Shown here piece by piece: positions 1-15,699 of a DNA stretch of 64,000 nt. Positions within the stretch are counted from its first letter, which is position 1. Every line of letters begins with the position of its first letter. The stretch covers positions 30,938,001 to 31,002,000 of the forward strand of contig OX597835.1 of NCBI GenBank assembly GCA_951406725.2, given 5' to 3'. The translations under genes and the position numbers were made by a program. Source of the DNA: Octopus vulgaris (Eukaryota). Under the pieces are notes generated by a model, which saw only the letters and a program-made list of their open reading frames with translations, made no database searches and was not told where the DNA came from.

Positions 1-802
1 CACCACCTTCACCACCATCGCCGCCGCCATCACCACCACCACTAACATTACCCCCACTACCACTACCAATAGCATCACCACCAACATCATCTCCATCACC
101 GTCGTTAACATCACCACCACAAACACCATCACCACTACTACCACCACCAGGGCTCTGTCGCTATGATTATCATCAGACCTTATCATTAACACCACCACCA
201 CCACCACTACCACCACCGCTATCAAGTATCACCGCTATTGCAGAAATCATCATCGTCGCCGTCGTCGTTGTCACCGTGGTTACCATTATCATCATAATCA
301 TAATCATCATCATCATCATAATTATGATAAGCGTCGAAGACGTCGTCGTCATTATCATCACCATTATCATAATCATATTCGTCATCTTAACCATTATCAC
401 CATCATCGTCGACATCTTCATCATCATCGACACCTTCATCATCATTACCGTCACCACCACCACCATCATCATCATCATCGTCGTCATCATCATCGATATC
501 ATCATCATCATCATTATCACCGTCGCGTCGTCGTCGTCGTCATTGACATCATCATCGGCAGCATTATCATCATCACCATCATCATCATCATTATCATCAT
601 CATCATCATCGTCATCCTCATCGTCATCATCCTCCTCCTCCTCCTCCTCCTCCTCATCATCATCATCATCATCATCATCGTCATCCTCATTATCGTTTTG
701 GGGAGAGGATGAGCCGATTATAATAATAATAATAATAATAATAGTAATAATAATAATAATAATAATAATATAATAATAATAATAGTAATAATAATAATGA
801 TG

Positions 803-839
<37 letters not shown>

Positions 840-850
840 TAAAAGTAATA
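1..850. repeat. Compound trinucleotide microsatellite (CAC/CAT/CGT, then TAA)
   Basis: Directly visible; explains the poly-I/S/M ORFs. Confidence 0.95.
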
Positions 851-851
851 G

Positions 852-1668
852 GCGGGTAAAGAAAATAAAAGAATGTATCGTCAATTTCATTGGGATGCTG
901 GAGATAATGCAGACAGAGAGAAAAGATGGCTGTGGATGACTAAAAGTGTTTTAAAACCGGAAATAGAGGCTCAGATTTGTGCTGCCGAAGAGCAAGCACT
1001 AAGGACAATCTACATAAAATACAGAATAGACAAAACAGCAGAAAGTGATAAGTGCAGAATCTGTGGAGAAAACGGTGAAACTGTATGGCATATTACCAGC
1101 CATTGCGTGCCCCTAGCCCAGAAGGAATTTAAGAGCCCCTATGACAATGTAGCCAATGTTGTCCATTGGACACTGCGACAAGTATGGACTTGACAGAGCA
1201 GGTGCCGTCGAAAATGGAAATGCAAAGATCCTATGGGATTCTATGATTCAGTGCGACCATGAGGTAGGGAATAGGAAGGCAGGCATAGATTAATTGAGAA
1301 AGAAAACAAAGTATGCTGGATCATAGATATAGCATGCCCAGCTGACAACAAGGAATGCGATAAGGAAGAAAGAAAAGTCGAGAGATATGACAGGCTAGCT
1401 TGGGAAGTAGAGCAGTTGTGGTCGATGAAAAAGGTAGTAATGATACCAATGATTTTCAGAGCCCTGGGAACAGTGAGCAAAAATCTCGAGAAATACGTGG
1501 AGCAAATAGGGACTGCAATAAAGATGGAGAACTTGCAGAAAACAGCACTGATTGGAACCGCTCGAATACTCCGGTCGGCGCTCGAAATATAAGAAGTGTT
1601 ACCTTAGTTCATTGGTTATGAACAGCTGACAATGTAGTACATCTCCAGCGTTAGAAGCTGGGTAAAGG
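852..1668 (+). mobile_element. 5'-truncated R4/Dong-like non-LTR retrotransposon fragment (zinc knuckle + restriction-like endonuclease), frameshifted
   Basis: ORF 873-1193 has CRICGENGETVWHITSHC (CCHC). Downstream frames read KILWD, CWIIDIACP, KVERY and LQKTALIGTARILR, ending at a stop near 1590. Flanked by (TAA)n on both sides. Confidence 0.85.
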
Positions 1669-1682
1669 CGATGATGATGATG

Positions 1683-1714
<32 letters not shown>

Positions 1715-1807
1715 TATAATAATGATGATAATAATAATAATAACAACAACAACAAAAATAATAATGATAACAATAATAACAATAATAATAATAATAACAA
1801 TAATAAC

Positions 1808-1844
<37 letters not shown>

Positions 1845-1956
1845 TAATAATAATAATAATGATAATATTGATTATATTGAAAGACTTTATTTTATGCATG
1901 TATATATATATATGTTTATATATATATCTATATATAAATGTATGTATATATGAATA

Positions 1957-2013
<57 letters not shown>

Positions 2014-2607
2014 AAATATATATATATATATATATGTATATCTATCTGTATTCATACAGAATCCATGTGTAGAGACGCACGTAGATATATATATATGCGT
2101 GATTTAATAGCGAAATAGATATATTGTTACATATGATACAAAAAAGGTACCTTAATAGAAAGGTAGTTATAGATAATGATTTTTTTGTGTGTGAATGTGT
2201 GTTTTATATTATACATACATGTTTATGTATATATATCCACTTATCTCTCTGCCCCCCCTCTCTCTCTCATATATATATATATATATACGTGTGTGTGTAT
2301 GTATATATGTTTATAAATACATAGAAGCATATATATATATACATACATATATATGTATATATATATATACATACATATATACACCCATACTTATATATAC
2401 ACCTCTATATGATGGGGTGAATGAATGGAATAGAAAGTGTGATGACGATTAACAGATATTTATGTATGTGGATTAATAGATTATCCATTTATCTATTTAT
2501 CGGTCTATATCTACCAATCAATACAGCTATACTAATCTATTCACCTACTTATCGGTTCACAGATGATTGATATATATATATATATATATATATATTGATA
2601 TATATAT

Positions 2608-2694
<87 letters not shown>

Positions 2695-3337
2695 TATACA
2701 CATATATATATACATATATATATATACATATATATATATACATATATATATATTTATGTATGCATGTATGTATGTATATAAATCAATAAATATATACCTT
2801 CCAGTTTGAAGTTCTTCTCTGTATCTCTGCACAACGTAACATAACCTATATTGTGTGTACGCGGTGGGTTGTACCACATTATGCAGTCGACTCTTTCGTC
2901 CACTTCGGAATGTATATCGATGAAAGCCGTTACGTGCGTTTATGGGCTTATATGACTGCAGTAGCACTATATGAATTTAAATATATATATATACGTATAT
3001 ATGAATGTATGTTTACGAATAAATGTGAATATGTATATGTATGTATATACAGGTTACACACACACACACATATATATATTTACAGATAAGAACATATGCA
3101 TGCATACAATCACACCTAAATATCTCAATGTAAATGGTAATAGACCTGTAGCCTACTACATCCAACACAGTTCAACACGAACATATACATAAATATAAAT
3201 TTATGCATAATCATATATGTGTATATATATGTGTGTCTGTGTGTATAGGTACATATATGTGTCTATATATATGATATATATATGTATATATATATTTATA
3301 TATACATACACGCATAAATAGATAGGTGAATGGATTA

Positions 3338-3462
<125 letters not shown>

Positions 3463-3533
3463 ATAACTGTCACACCTACAGACAGATAGAAGCACAGATA
3501 GATTTATACTTAGACTGATATCTAGTAAATGGG

Positions 3534-3575
<42 letters not shown>

Positions 3576-4188
3576 AAAGGATAATTCGATATAGAAAGTT
3601 ACATTATGATATCTATAAACGTATCCTAACTACAAAGCGGTAGTTTATTCGATTAAAATATTAACGTTTGTCCGACATTTTCAGATTTCCCTTTCAGGCA
3701 AAGTTACAGTCGATATTTAGCGATGCGTTGTCAGCAAAAGCCAACATTACATAATTGACCTCGCATTCATTATCCATCGATAAAATAAGTTATTTCCCTT
3801 TATTCTGCCGCTCTTGTGCTTCGCCTCCTATGAAATATGTTCTACCGTTTATCTTTATCTGCAAAATAAAATATGTAATATCGTGAAATGGCGTAACGGA
3901 AAATGAAATAGGCTATAAATAAAATAAAATATGCAAATATATTTTGCTTTCCATTTTATGTATGTTGTGTTGAATTCCTCGACACAAATTTCCGTCTTTG
4001 TTCTCACGATCTATTCCTTATGTATCTATACATGTATGTGTGTATATATGTATGTATGTATTTAAGTATGTATATGCGTATGTTTGCACATATGTATACA
4101 CGCATGTCTGTATGCATATATATATATACTTACTTACACGCACGCATTCACCTCACGCACACACAAAGATACACACATACAAACACAT

Positions 4189-4235
<47 letters not shown>

Positions 4236-4646
4236 CACGCATTCAAAGACATGTATATGTGTGTGTATGCATTTATTTATGTCTGTATCTGTCAACATAT
4301 GTATGTATCGATGGATAATTATATAACTCTGAATTTTTCCTTCACCCACACCCCCTGTCTCTCTATTTCTCTCCTCTCTCTCTCTATCTATCTCCTCTAC
4401 CTTTCTCTCTCTCTGACTCTCTCTCTCTCTCTCTCTCTGTACATATATATATATATATATGTATGTATATACACACACACATATTATAGGCATTATGTGT
4501 CTTTAGAAAAAGTGGGACGATCGTCGTTTTATCTCTCTACTCATATGTCTGTCTGCGCGAGTGTCAATGCGGATGCGCGTGCGTTACCCCACGTGTGTTG
4601 CCTCTCTCTGTGTGTGTATTCACGTAAGCACGCACACATGCACACA

Positions 4647-4679
<33 letters not shown>

Positions 4680-4837
4680 GCATACACGCACGTATCATCA
4701 ACCGAGGTTTGGCGTGATTTGTCGAGCTTTTTAAGTGCAATATTTTGCAATGTTTTGTACTATTTTACCTAGTAAATTATTTTTGTGAAATGGCGTCTTT
4801 GTCACGTGGCACACACACAGACATACATGCAAGGATA

Positions 4838-4903
<66 letters not shown>

Positions 4904-5052
4904 TATGTATACATGCATGTAAATTTGAAGATTCCACTAGAGTGGACGAAAGCGCTATATATGATATATGATTTATAAAAACATGTATCATATTAATAAA
5001 AATCTGTAAATATATAACCATCCAGATTTCTGAGTACCTCATTCCTATAAAA

Positions 5053-5125
<73 letters not shown>

Positions 5126-5495
5126 TGTATGTATGTATGTATGTATGTATGTATGTATGTATGTGTATATATATATATATATATATACACATTCATGTGG
5201 AGATACATGCCCATAAATATTCCAACTGATGCCACACATTTAAGCAAACACACACGAACACACATAAATGAACCCATAGAAGCAGAGTTGATGTTTGGCG
5301 TGACAAATTGTTATACAGGTAGGAATGATAAGACAAAAGGTTTTGCAGGAAATGTGGGCATTGTTTTGTACAGGTTAATACAGGTGTTGATGTGGAAGCT
5401 ATAAAATATATAGGAGAATGACAGACACTGGAGTCAAGAGTGAAATAGTGAGATGGATAGAGAGAGACAAGCAAAGAGAAAGATACATAAGAAGA

Positions 5496-5539
<44 letters not shown>

Positions 5540-6482
5540 AAGAGAATATACAGGATGTGACACAGGAAGAGATATGGAGGGAGAGATAAGGAAATAGGAA
5601 GAGATGGAGAGAGAGACAGAGGAAGAAATAGACAGAGAGAGATAGGAATAGAGAATGAGACATAGGAAGAGAAAGAGAGAGAGAGAAAGAGAGAGAGAGA
5701 GAAAGAGACACAGGAATAAGAGAGAGAGGGAACAGAGACGCAGACATTGAAAGAGATGGATGGAGAAAGAGAGAGAGGAACAGTGAAAGAGACATGTGAA
5801 GAGATGAAGAGAAAGAGAGATAGAGAATGCGAGAGAGAGAAAGAGAAAGCGAGTGAGAGAGAGAGAGAGAGGAACAGAGACGGAGACATAGAAAGAGATG
5901 GATTGAGAGGGAGAGATAAAGACAGGGGCAGAATAAGAGATAGAGAGAGAGAAAGTGAGGTGTGCATATAGTTATAAGAGAGGAGTAGCAGGATAAAGAC
6001 AGTTTGTAAGTGTGAGATATGGGTGAGCAAGCAATTATGGATGAGCAAGTGCGTGTGTTTGTGCAAATGGTTATCTGGATCTATGCGATCTGGCGTGTAT
6101 ATGGATGTGTGAGAAAATTTACCTGTATGTTCTTGTATATATTCACATGTGAATGCGTCCGAGCAATAATCGATGTGTCTCTATCTATCTATCTATCGAT
6201 CGATCGATCGGTTGATCAGTCGATCTATTTATGTATGTATTGTATATATTGTATGTATGTGTGTGTGTATGTATGTATATATATGTATGTATGTATGCAT
6301 GTATGTATGTATGTATGTGTCTATGTATCTATCTATCTTTCTATTTAGTTACATACCTATCTACCTGTCTCTCCATCTCTCTCTCCATCTATTTATCTTT
6401 CTATCTCTACCTACCTACCTACCTACCTTCCTACATATCTATCTGTATATCTCCCCCCCTCTCTCTCTCTTTCTTCTCTCTC

Positions 6483-6538
<56 letters not shown>

Positions 6539-6830
6539 AGTTTACATGTGTCTGTTAGCACGTGTATATCTGTAAGTTATGCATGAGTGAGTTTTCGCTC
6601 AAGTGTAAGTGAACCTTTTTAAGTATGTGTAGCGATTATATGCATGCATATGTATATGTGTGTATGTGGGATTGTGACACGCTACAATTGGTCGATTATT
6701 TGTAAATTGATTTTAATTTGATATAATTAACACGCAAGAAAATCATTTCTCAATATGCATTAATTTCTTTTTTGTCTCCTGCCTGAGAGAGTTTGTGGGC
6801 ATCTGGTTTGTGTGACTGTTTATATGTGCA

Positions 6831-6867
<37 letters not shown>

Positions 6868-8265
6868 CACGTGTGCACTGATACCTCCGCTCCTATGTTT
6901 GCATATACAGGTAGCATATACAGGTAGTTCGTAGTTCTGTTTTATTATCTGTATAGCATTCACCACTATGTGATATGCCAAATTTTCTCTCTGTCTCTGA
7001 CTGTCTGTCTCTCTGTGCCTGTCTCTCTCTCCCCACCTCTCTCTCTCTGTGACTATCTGTCTCTCTCTGCTTGCCTCCCTGTCTCTCTTTGTTTGCCTCT
7101 CTGTCTCTCTTTCTCATTCTCACACACACATTTTACTACTTGTAACCTCCTGTAATCGTAACGAACAGCACCATGAGTGCTCCCACCGAAAATAAATAAC
7201 TGACGCTCCCGCACTTCCACGTATAAATATAAATTTGCCCACAGATACACACACAAACACACTCAGACATGCACACATACACACACGTGCGCGCATACAC
7301 ACACATGTACCATATGCACGCACACATACACCCAAGCATACATATACACGCACACACGAAACATTTATAGATCAAACACACACACACACATACACAGACT
7401 CACCCACTCACTCGCACACACAAACTTCATCTTCATCACCACGAAAACCACATCTTGACAAAACACCGAAGAAATGTCTAAAAGAAATAGAAAACAACGT
7501 GTTAAATAAAAATAAACATAAATACATTAATTAAAATAAATACAAAGGTATAAATAAAATAAATACTACATATAAATTAAGATAAATATAAATATATATA
7601 TTAAAATAAATGTAAATGAAAGAAACCTCTCTGAGAATTAATTAAAAGAACGGAATCTCATTGACATTGGTTTCTTGTTTTAATTACAACACAATACTGG
7701 TTGGTTTTTCTCAATAGCCAATCGGAATGGAGATGAAATTGTCAATAAATCTTGAGATAAAAACACAGAAACGTGAACAGTTGAACACACACATCACACA
7801 TGAACATACATGCATATCTGCACACACATGCATATGTGCACACTTACACACAGGCGCACAATCACATATCGTGAGCACCATAATAGGCGACGGGAGTCGG
7901 AGAGGGAGAGGGAAAGAGGCGGTGGAGGAAAGGAGAGAAGGAGAGACACAAAGAGTGATAAAGAATGAGAGTTTGTGCAAAAGGGAGATATAAAGAAAGC
8001 CAGAAAGTGAGAGAGAGAGAGAGCTTGAAGGAAAGAAAATTTAAGAGAAAGAAAGAAACATAGAGGGTAAAAAAAAGAGAATATAATGGAAAGAAAGAGA
8101 ATATGAGAGAGAAAGAAGGAGAGAGTGAAAGACAGAATGAGAGAAAGAGAGAGAGAGTGAGATGGAAAGAAAGAGAATATGAAAGAGAGAGAGAGAAGAT
8201 GAATGAAATATAAATATATATACAGAGAGAGAGAGAAAGAGAGAAAGAAAGAGAGAGAGAGAGTG

Positions 8266-8324
<59 letters not shown>

Positions 8325-8814
8325 GACAGACAGACAGAAAGAGAAAGAAGGAATGAGAGAGAAGGAACGAGCGTACGTTTATTCATAATGGCCGTGTTGA
8401 GAGATGGGTATACGAGATTTTCTAAAACTCCGAGAGGATAGTTATGTCAAGCCATTTAACGTTCCATTGGGTCTCGCATATGTTGTACATTGATTTCAAA
8501 AACTTTAATTAACTGCAATTATCCATGCAATTAGTACACAAAAAAACATAGCCTGGGGTGTTTGAAATCTAAAGACGATAAGCAGGGGAAATAATTCCAA
8601 TAGAGTCAGGTAATGAAAGCCTTTTATAAAATACGGAATAATCAGAAAATACTTTTGTAAAATGAATAAATATCAGCTTATATTTTAGAGTGCAGAGAAA
8701 GAAAAGAGAATCGCACAGCCTCATGCCGACCAAAGCCTCGTCAATAGATTTGGTAGATGGAAACTCAAAGAATTCCGCCCTATCTCTCTATTTCTCTCTC
8801 TCTCTCTCTTACAC

Positions 8815-8874
<60 letters not shown>

Positions 8875-8876
8875 TC

Positions 8877-8909
<33 letters not shown>

Positions 8910-9101
8910 GTCCGGCCATCGCCACGGTTGATCGCTAGCCACTAAAGCTTTTTATATTTCCGGTATATTAATTTTCTCGTGTTCCTTTCTGTTGAAGACC
9001 GTAAGCTCGAAACATACACTTTCTCACCTTCCCGAGCGTTAGACTAATACACCTGTTTGTTGTTATCACACCTGTCTTCGTCTTTTGTTTTGTAAATTCC
9101 A

Positions 9102-9105
<4 letters not shown>
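8910..9105 (+). mobile_element. Penelope-like terminal-repeat fragment with degenerate hammerhead-like motif
   Basis: CTGTTGA-a-gacc gtaa gctc-GAAA at 8989-9012; embedded in (TA)n; homologous to the reverse complement of 62139-62330. Confidence 0.55.
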
Positions 9106-9143
<38 letters not shown>

Positions 9144-9152
9144 CATGTTTGT

Positions 9153-9240
<88 letters not shown>

Positions 9241-9243
<3 letters not shown>

Positions 9244-9430
9244 CAAAATAAGACAAAGTAGAAAATGCTAAAATATTTTTATGAAGAGCATTTTACTACC
9301 GGTTTCAGGCTCTGCGACTTTTTCGACTTGGAGTAGAGCATGTAAAACAACTAAATTGTGGAACAATTAAATGAAATGTTTTTCAAAATATTTCCATAGT
9401 TTTCAAATGAAAGGGAAATTTTCCATTTCT
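9241..9430 (-). mobile_element. Probable Penelope-like terminal fragment
   Basis: Abuts (TA)n; minus strand has GAAAccggta (palindromic stem-III-like); begins aagcaaaa...gaaaatgct like the 31.9-kb element. Confidence 0.35.
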
Positions 9431-9526
9431 TTTTGTCTTTTTCTGTCTCTCTTTTTATCCATGCGAGTTCTTGGTAGCAGGTAACAGTACATACAAACAC
9501 ACACACACACACATGTATATATATGT

Positions 9527-9620
9527 CCCTTGGTGGCTGACGATATGTGCATCCCTGATCACGAGCAGAAGCAGTGGGGGAGTATCATAGCCATATGTTG
9601 AGAGGAATTCTTTGGGGTTT
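9527..9620 (+). mobile_element. Fragment of the interspersed repeat at 12052-12570, opposite orientation
   Basis: Near-exact reverse complement of about 12345-12438. Confidence 0.8.
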
Positions 9621-9636
9621 GGAATGCTGAATGCTC

Positions 9637-10206
<570 letters not shown>

Positions 10207-10228
10207 ATTATTATTATTATTATTATTT

Positions 10229-11147
10229 TTTTTTTTTTTCTTACTTTCAATCCGCATGTTTACTACAATCACTCGCCGAGACACACCCATCGTTCTTAGG
10301 CGAGTGAAGGATTAGAGATATTACAGCATGACTGAAAGCTTGGGGCGGGGAAGTGTCAGGGGCAGTAGCGAAATATCTTCATGTAATAAAACACATACAT
10401 TTAAATTGATAGGGTTTTCCCAAGAATGCGGGCAGTACTTGTCAGCACAATCTTCTGGATTTCTCTGAGACATGGCGTTCCTTGGACATTATCTAGATGT
10501 TTCTGACATCCCTTTCTTATACCAAGGGCACCCATAATAAGAAGGTATGGTTGTCGCTTCAAGATGCCACATCTTTTGTATTTCAATTCCCAAGTTCTTA
10601 TATTTACTTAATTTGTCCAATTCCTTTACAGATATATTTTTATCAGTGAAAACACATCTATTAGTCTATTTTTTCTCAGTCTTTAATGACTATGTCTGGT
10701 CGATTAGCCAGGATCGTTCAGTCGGTGTTGACTGGAAAATCTCAGAGGATCGTGACATTTTTACCTTCGACGACTAGCACAGGATGATGTTCATACGAGT
10801 AAGCAGGAATACTGATTTTGTAGGGTTTACCTGTTTTCCAATGTAAATACCGTCCTAATCTATCGTGGAAACTAGTACATTCGTTTGGTGTCAACAAGAT
10901 GGTCTATTCTCTCATAGAAACAAGATGGTCTATTGTTTTATTAAATTTATCAGAGAATCTGTATTCAGGTTCAGAACCGTTTTGAAGAACGTTAGCCTGG
11001 TAGTTTTTGTTAAGCAAGCTTTGATCTTGTGCCGCCAATATAAATCCCCTAGTATCTGCTTTCAGTCCTGAGATTGTCAGTCACTGAGGGACTGTTACTT
11101 GGTCTTCATCAGCATATCGGCTTCGAAGTATATACTGTCCATACAGT
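10229..11147 (-). mobile_element. R4/Dong-like retrotransposon 3' fragment, degenerate
   Basis: ORF 10401-10586 ends GALG...LREIQKIVLTSTARILGKTLSI; A-tail at about 10229; (TTA)n on both sides. Confidence 0.8.
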
Positions 11148-11160
11148 ATTATTATTATTA

Positions 11161-11239
<79 letters not shown>

Positions 11240-11267
11240 CATCATTATTATTATTATTATTATTATT

Positions 11268-11303
<36 letters not shown>

Positions 11304-11356
11304 ATTACTATTATTATTATCATCATCATCATTATTATTATTATTATTATTATTAC

Positions 11357-11978
11357 TTTTTTTTCTTCTTTCAAATTTGCTTCCATTTCTTGCCGAGTGT
11401 CTTCCCGACTCCTAGGGCAAAGAAACTCATAGTATACATTGGTAGGCCATTAAACCAAACTCAATAGTTCGTTCATTTTTTTTTATTTTTTTAAGTTAAA
11501 TTAAAATACATGAGCAGCAACAGTTCTCAAATCGACAATGCTCTTCTCAATGCGTGTGATGTACCAGTTAAGACAATCTTTTGCACTTCTTGCAGGGATG
11601 GTAAGCCAGGGATCATTCTCATATAATTTTCGGTTCCCTTCTTGATCATTCCTAGTGCTCCTACGATCACTGGTATTGTAACCGCCTTAAGATGCCACAT
11701 TTTCTCAATTTCAATGAGTAGGTCTTTATATTTTCTGAGCTTGTCAAACACTTTCGCTGAGATATTATGATCACAGGGGATGCTCATGTCGATCAATAAG
11801 CAAACTTTATTGTTTTGGTCTTTCACAACAATATCTGGTTTATTGGCCTTGATGGTTCGGTCTGTATGTATTGGAAAGTCCCACAGAATGGTTACATTTT
11901 CTCCTTCAGTTACAGCCTCAGGGTGGTGATTATACCACTTGTCGGCAGTTTTGATATTGTAATGCCGACTTATTAGCC

Positions 11979-11981
<3 letters not shown>
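11357..11981 (-). mobile_element. R4/Dong-like retrotransposon 3' fragment (RLE domain)
   Basis: ILWDFPIHTD..IKANKPDIVVKD..CLLIDMSIP..KLRKYKDL..PVIVGALG..VQKIVLTGTSHALRR, a PD-(D/E)xK-type endonuclease; (TTA)n flanks. Confidence 0.88.
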
Positions 11982-12051
<70 letters not shown>

Positions 12052-12053
<2 letters not shown>

Positions 12054-12570
12054 GAGTGAGAGAGCAGTGCATGCCATCGAAGTAACATTGGGGTACAAAT
12101 ATACGAAGCCCAATATACCCATCATGACTAACCCGTCTGATAAGGGTACACCAGGCACATGCATCACAACCATATTTGCGCGACATGGTTATCTCATATC
12201 AAGATAAACAGCGCATGATCTTGCAGGTGGGGCCAAGTTAGAATTTTCGACAGGTTAAGTAGCTCATACCACTCAAAAGTTTCTGAATGAGGATTGTTTA
12301 AGGATGTTGAACGAAACACCCATGTTTCCAGAGGTGAATTATCCAAACCCCAAAGAATCCCTCTCAACACATGGCTATGATGCTGCCCCACTACTTCTGC
12401 TCGTGATCAGAGATGCACATATCGTCAGCCTCTAAGGGACATGCTCAACTGGTTAAGGTCAAGCAACGGAAATGTAAACCTGTGGTATTGAGCAGAATAT
12501 TGGTTGTGGCCCATCTTTTATACCAAGACAAAACAATGTACATGATAACACTTCCTATCATTTGAGAAGT
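12052..12570 (-). mobile_element. Non-coding interspersed repeat inserted in (TAA)n (SINE-like or LINE 3'UTR)
   Basis: Second partial copy at 9527-9620; bounded by (TTA)n; orientation inferred from the (TAA)n tail. Confidence 0.65.
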
Positions 12571-12590
12571 CATTATTATCATTATTATTA

Positions 12591-12653
<63 letters not shown>

Positions 12654-12713
12654 GTCGTAGTAGTAGTAGAAGTAGTAGCAGTAGTAGTAGTAGTAGTAGT
12701 GATGGTGGTGTTG

Positions 12714-12745
<32 letters not shown>

Positions 12746-12857
12746 GGTGGTAGTGGTGGTTGTGGCGGCGGCGGCGGTGGTGGTGGTGGTGGTGGTGGTG
12801 GTGGTGGTGGTGGTGGTGGTGGTGGTGGTGGTGGTGGTGGTGGTGGTGGTGGTGATA

Positions 12858-12893
<36 letters not shown>

Positions 12894-12955
12894 GTAATAG
12901 TAGTAGTAGTAGAGTAGTAGTAGTAGTAGTAGTGGTGGTGGTGGTAGTAGTTGTA
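12571..12955. repeat. Compound TTA/GTA/GTG microsatellite
   Basis: Directly visible; source of the poly-P/V ORFs. Confidence 0.95.
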
Positions 12956-13088
12956 GGGCTTCGTATTCCTGTGCGATTGGGAACCAAAAGAAGCGTCACA
13001 CCCTTGTGGTCAGCAGATTTCAAATATATTTACTACTACAAACGATCAATGAGAGAGTTGACCTCGGCCTTGGAAAAGACCAACTCAC

Positions 13089-13106
13089 CTTGTTCTGTTT
13101 TAATTA
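13089..13106 (-). other. Candidate 18-nt micro-exon
   Basis: Minus strand reads ttttcctatcag|TAATTAAAACAGAACAAG|gtgagt; phase 1-1; encodes xIKTEQx. Confidence 0.3.
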
Positions 13107-14229
13107 CTGATAGGAAAATAATAATATACATATACTGATATTTCCAACGTTAAGTTTTTCTTTTCTTTTTATAAGTTTTGCAGCGGTTTACAGTTTTTGT
13201 AATTATGCATTTTGTATACATAACAGTTCCTTACCTCCTTAGTTTTTATAGTGCGTTTAATAGTGTCGCTGCTACAAAAAGGCGTGTTTACATATTCGAA
13301 TATTCAGGGAGAAAAGAAGGGCAAAATTTTCACAGAAAATCGTGGTTTTATTAAGCTTTTTAAATTTACTAAAGGTGATCGTTTGTGTTTCTGACCAGAG
13401 AAAACCTTAGTGATTTTGCAAGACAAGGATGTTAACATTTTCCAATACTCAGGGCGAAAGTGAAGGGTAGGTATTCACAGAAGCTGTAAATTTTAAAGCT
13501 TTTTAAAGTTTTTAAAGATGATCGTTTGTGTGGTCGGCCAGAGAAAACTGTACATATGCAAGTTCTTAAACTTATTTTGAAGGAAATTTAAGATACTCAC
13601 AAGAAATTGTAGATATTCCTGTTTTTTAGTGTTATTTTTCAGTTGTTCTTATGAGTTGTACTAGTGTTTCTTCGTCTTGGTGGTGGTGGTGGAGGTTGTA
13701 TGATGGTAGTGGTGATGATGATAATGATAATGCTGATGTTGATAATGAGGACGATGATGATGTCTCTTGCGGGCAATTTTGTAGTTTGTTGATTCATCGA
13801 CGGAAATGCACCAGATTCCCTCCCCACCTATTAACAGTAAACATAGAGTAAAACACGAGTTCAACACGGTAATCATCTAAGCCATACTAGTATGGAAAAA
13901 CGGATGTAAAAACGAAATAAATGAAGGAATGAATACATACACTCACACACATATGAGCACACACACACATATATATATATTTAAAATGAGGGTGAGAAAT
14001 TAGATATTAATTTAATTAACTTCGATATCACACCAGTGGTCTAGCATATAAAAAAACTGAAGGTTCAGTAAAATTGTATTATATACATATTAGAGGGAAA
14101 CCACTATGTGGACAATCTTATGCTAGAAATAGATCCGCTCTGGTCTTACCACTAAGAAATGTTCTCAAGAAAAATTTAGCAAAACAACCAAAACGTAATC
14201 GAGCAAGACAAAAGAAAAAGCAATAAAAA

Positions 14230-14480
14230 ATTACGTTATATGTTAATAGTGAAACGTATGCGAATAATCGATGGGTCGAACGTGTTATAAGGTTCACAGA
14301 TAACTGCTGGACTCGTGCAGTTGCCGAATGGTATCCAAGAGCTCGAAAAAGCCAATTGGAAGGTTTCCACGACGATGGGAAGACGATTTGGTCAAGCAAT
14401 TTGTGTCATGATGGAAAAGAATGGCGCAATCAAGACAGAATTTGAAGCGGTGCATGTGACCAATGCTACATGTCAGATGG
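14230..14480 (+). mobile_element. RTE-clade LINE C-terminal fragment
   Basis: Translates (one frameshift) as RWVERVIRFTDNCWTRAVAEWYPRARK/PIGRFPRRWEDD..WKRMAQSR, like the RTE C-terminus. Confidence 0.65.
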
Positions 14481-15202
14481 CCTGGCCGATACTGTGATGC
14501 TATGTTGTAGGTATACATATATACATACCAGACAACATTTTTCTGCTTATCAATGTAGATGGGAGAAAGAAGAGATTAATCACTTGCAGCCCGCCTATGA
14601 GCTACAATTGTCTTATTGACTTCTCCCCTTTTATGTTGCTCATAGCGAACGGATTTGGTTGACTCAAGGCTGACAAGATAGTAGCTTAGTTCCCATATCA
14701 TTCGCTGAGGCTTTTTTTAGACAAAATAATACGTTTCCCTGTTCTGTGGTCCTTCACTGTAAGCTATGACTTCCATCTTGAACTATGTACAAGTGTTGGT
14801 TTTTACCTTGGGTTTGGAATGTCAACGTTATTTTAGAGACTATACCTCACGAATTGATGTTCCAGCCATCTGCGTTCCAACTATTTGTTCTGATTGGAAA
14901 ACAAGTAGGTCATGCACTTTTACATATTTCAATATAAATAGCTGCAAAACAGAAAAAAATAAACACAGAGGGCTACACCACGAGGTGCATAACACACAAT
15001 GCATGGGATATACGTAAAGACCAAAACAGTTTGAAATTAGTCATATTGCCAATAAATTAAAGTGGTGTTTCTGTTACTTTGTCTAACCTCTGTATACACT
15101 CATTATATATATATATATATATATACATATATATGTGTGTATGCATTTATGAATGTTTAGTATTTGTATATAAGTGCATATATGAATATATGTATAAACA
15201 TT

Positions 15203-15260
<58 letters not shown>

Positions 15261-15327
15261 CGTGCGCGCGTGCGTTTATGAATGAATTGTATTTGTATTT
15301 ATATGCATATATGGATATATGTATAAA

Positions 15328-15376
<49 letters not shown>

Positions 15377-15699
15377 CGTAAAAAATAATTGAAAATACTA
15401 CAATTTAGAAAGATTTGAAACGATGTATAATGCGAACAATGAAAAAAAGAGAATTGAGTTGGGGGTGCAGATACGTTACTAAAAAATAAAGGAAAAGCTA
15501 ATAGAGATATTCTTAAAATATATACATATTTTGTAAATACACACAAAAAAAGCCATCAAAATACATAAAAGCAAAGCAAAAAAAAGAAACATTTTATGTG
15601 GGTTGTCTTCGAATTTGTCTGTTTGTGAGTTTCTTAAATATGAAGAATTTCGTGAAGAAATGACACACAATGTGTTGCTTCACCGTTCTTTCAAAATGT

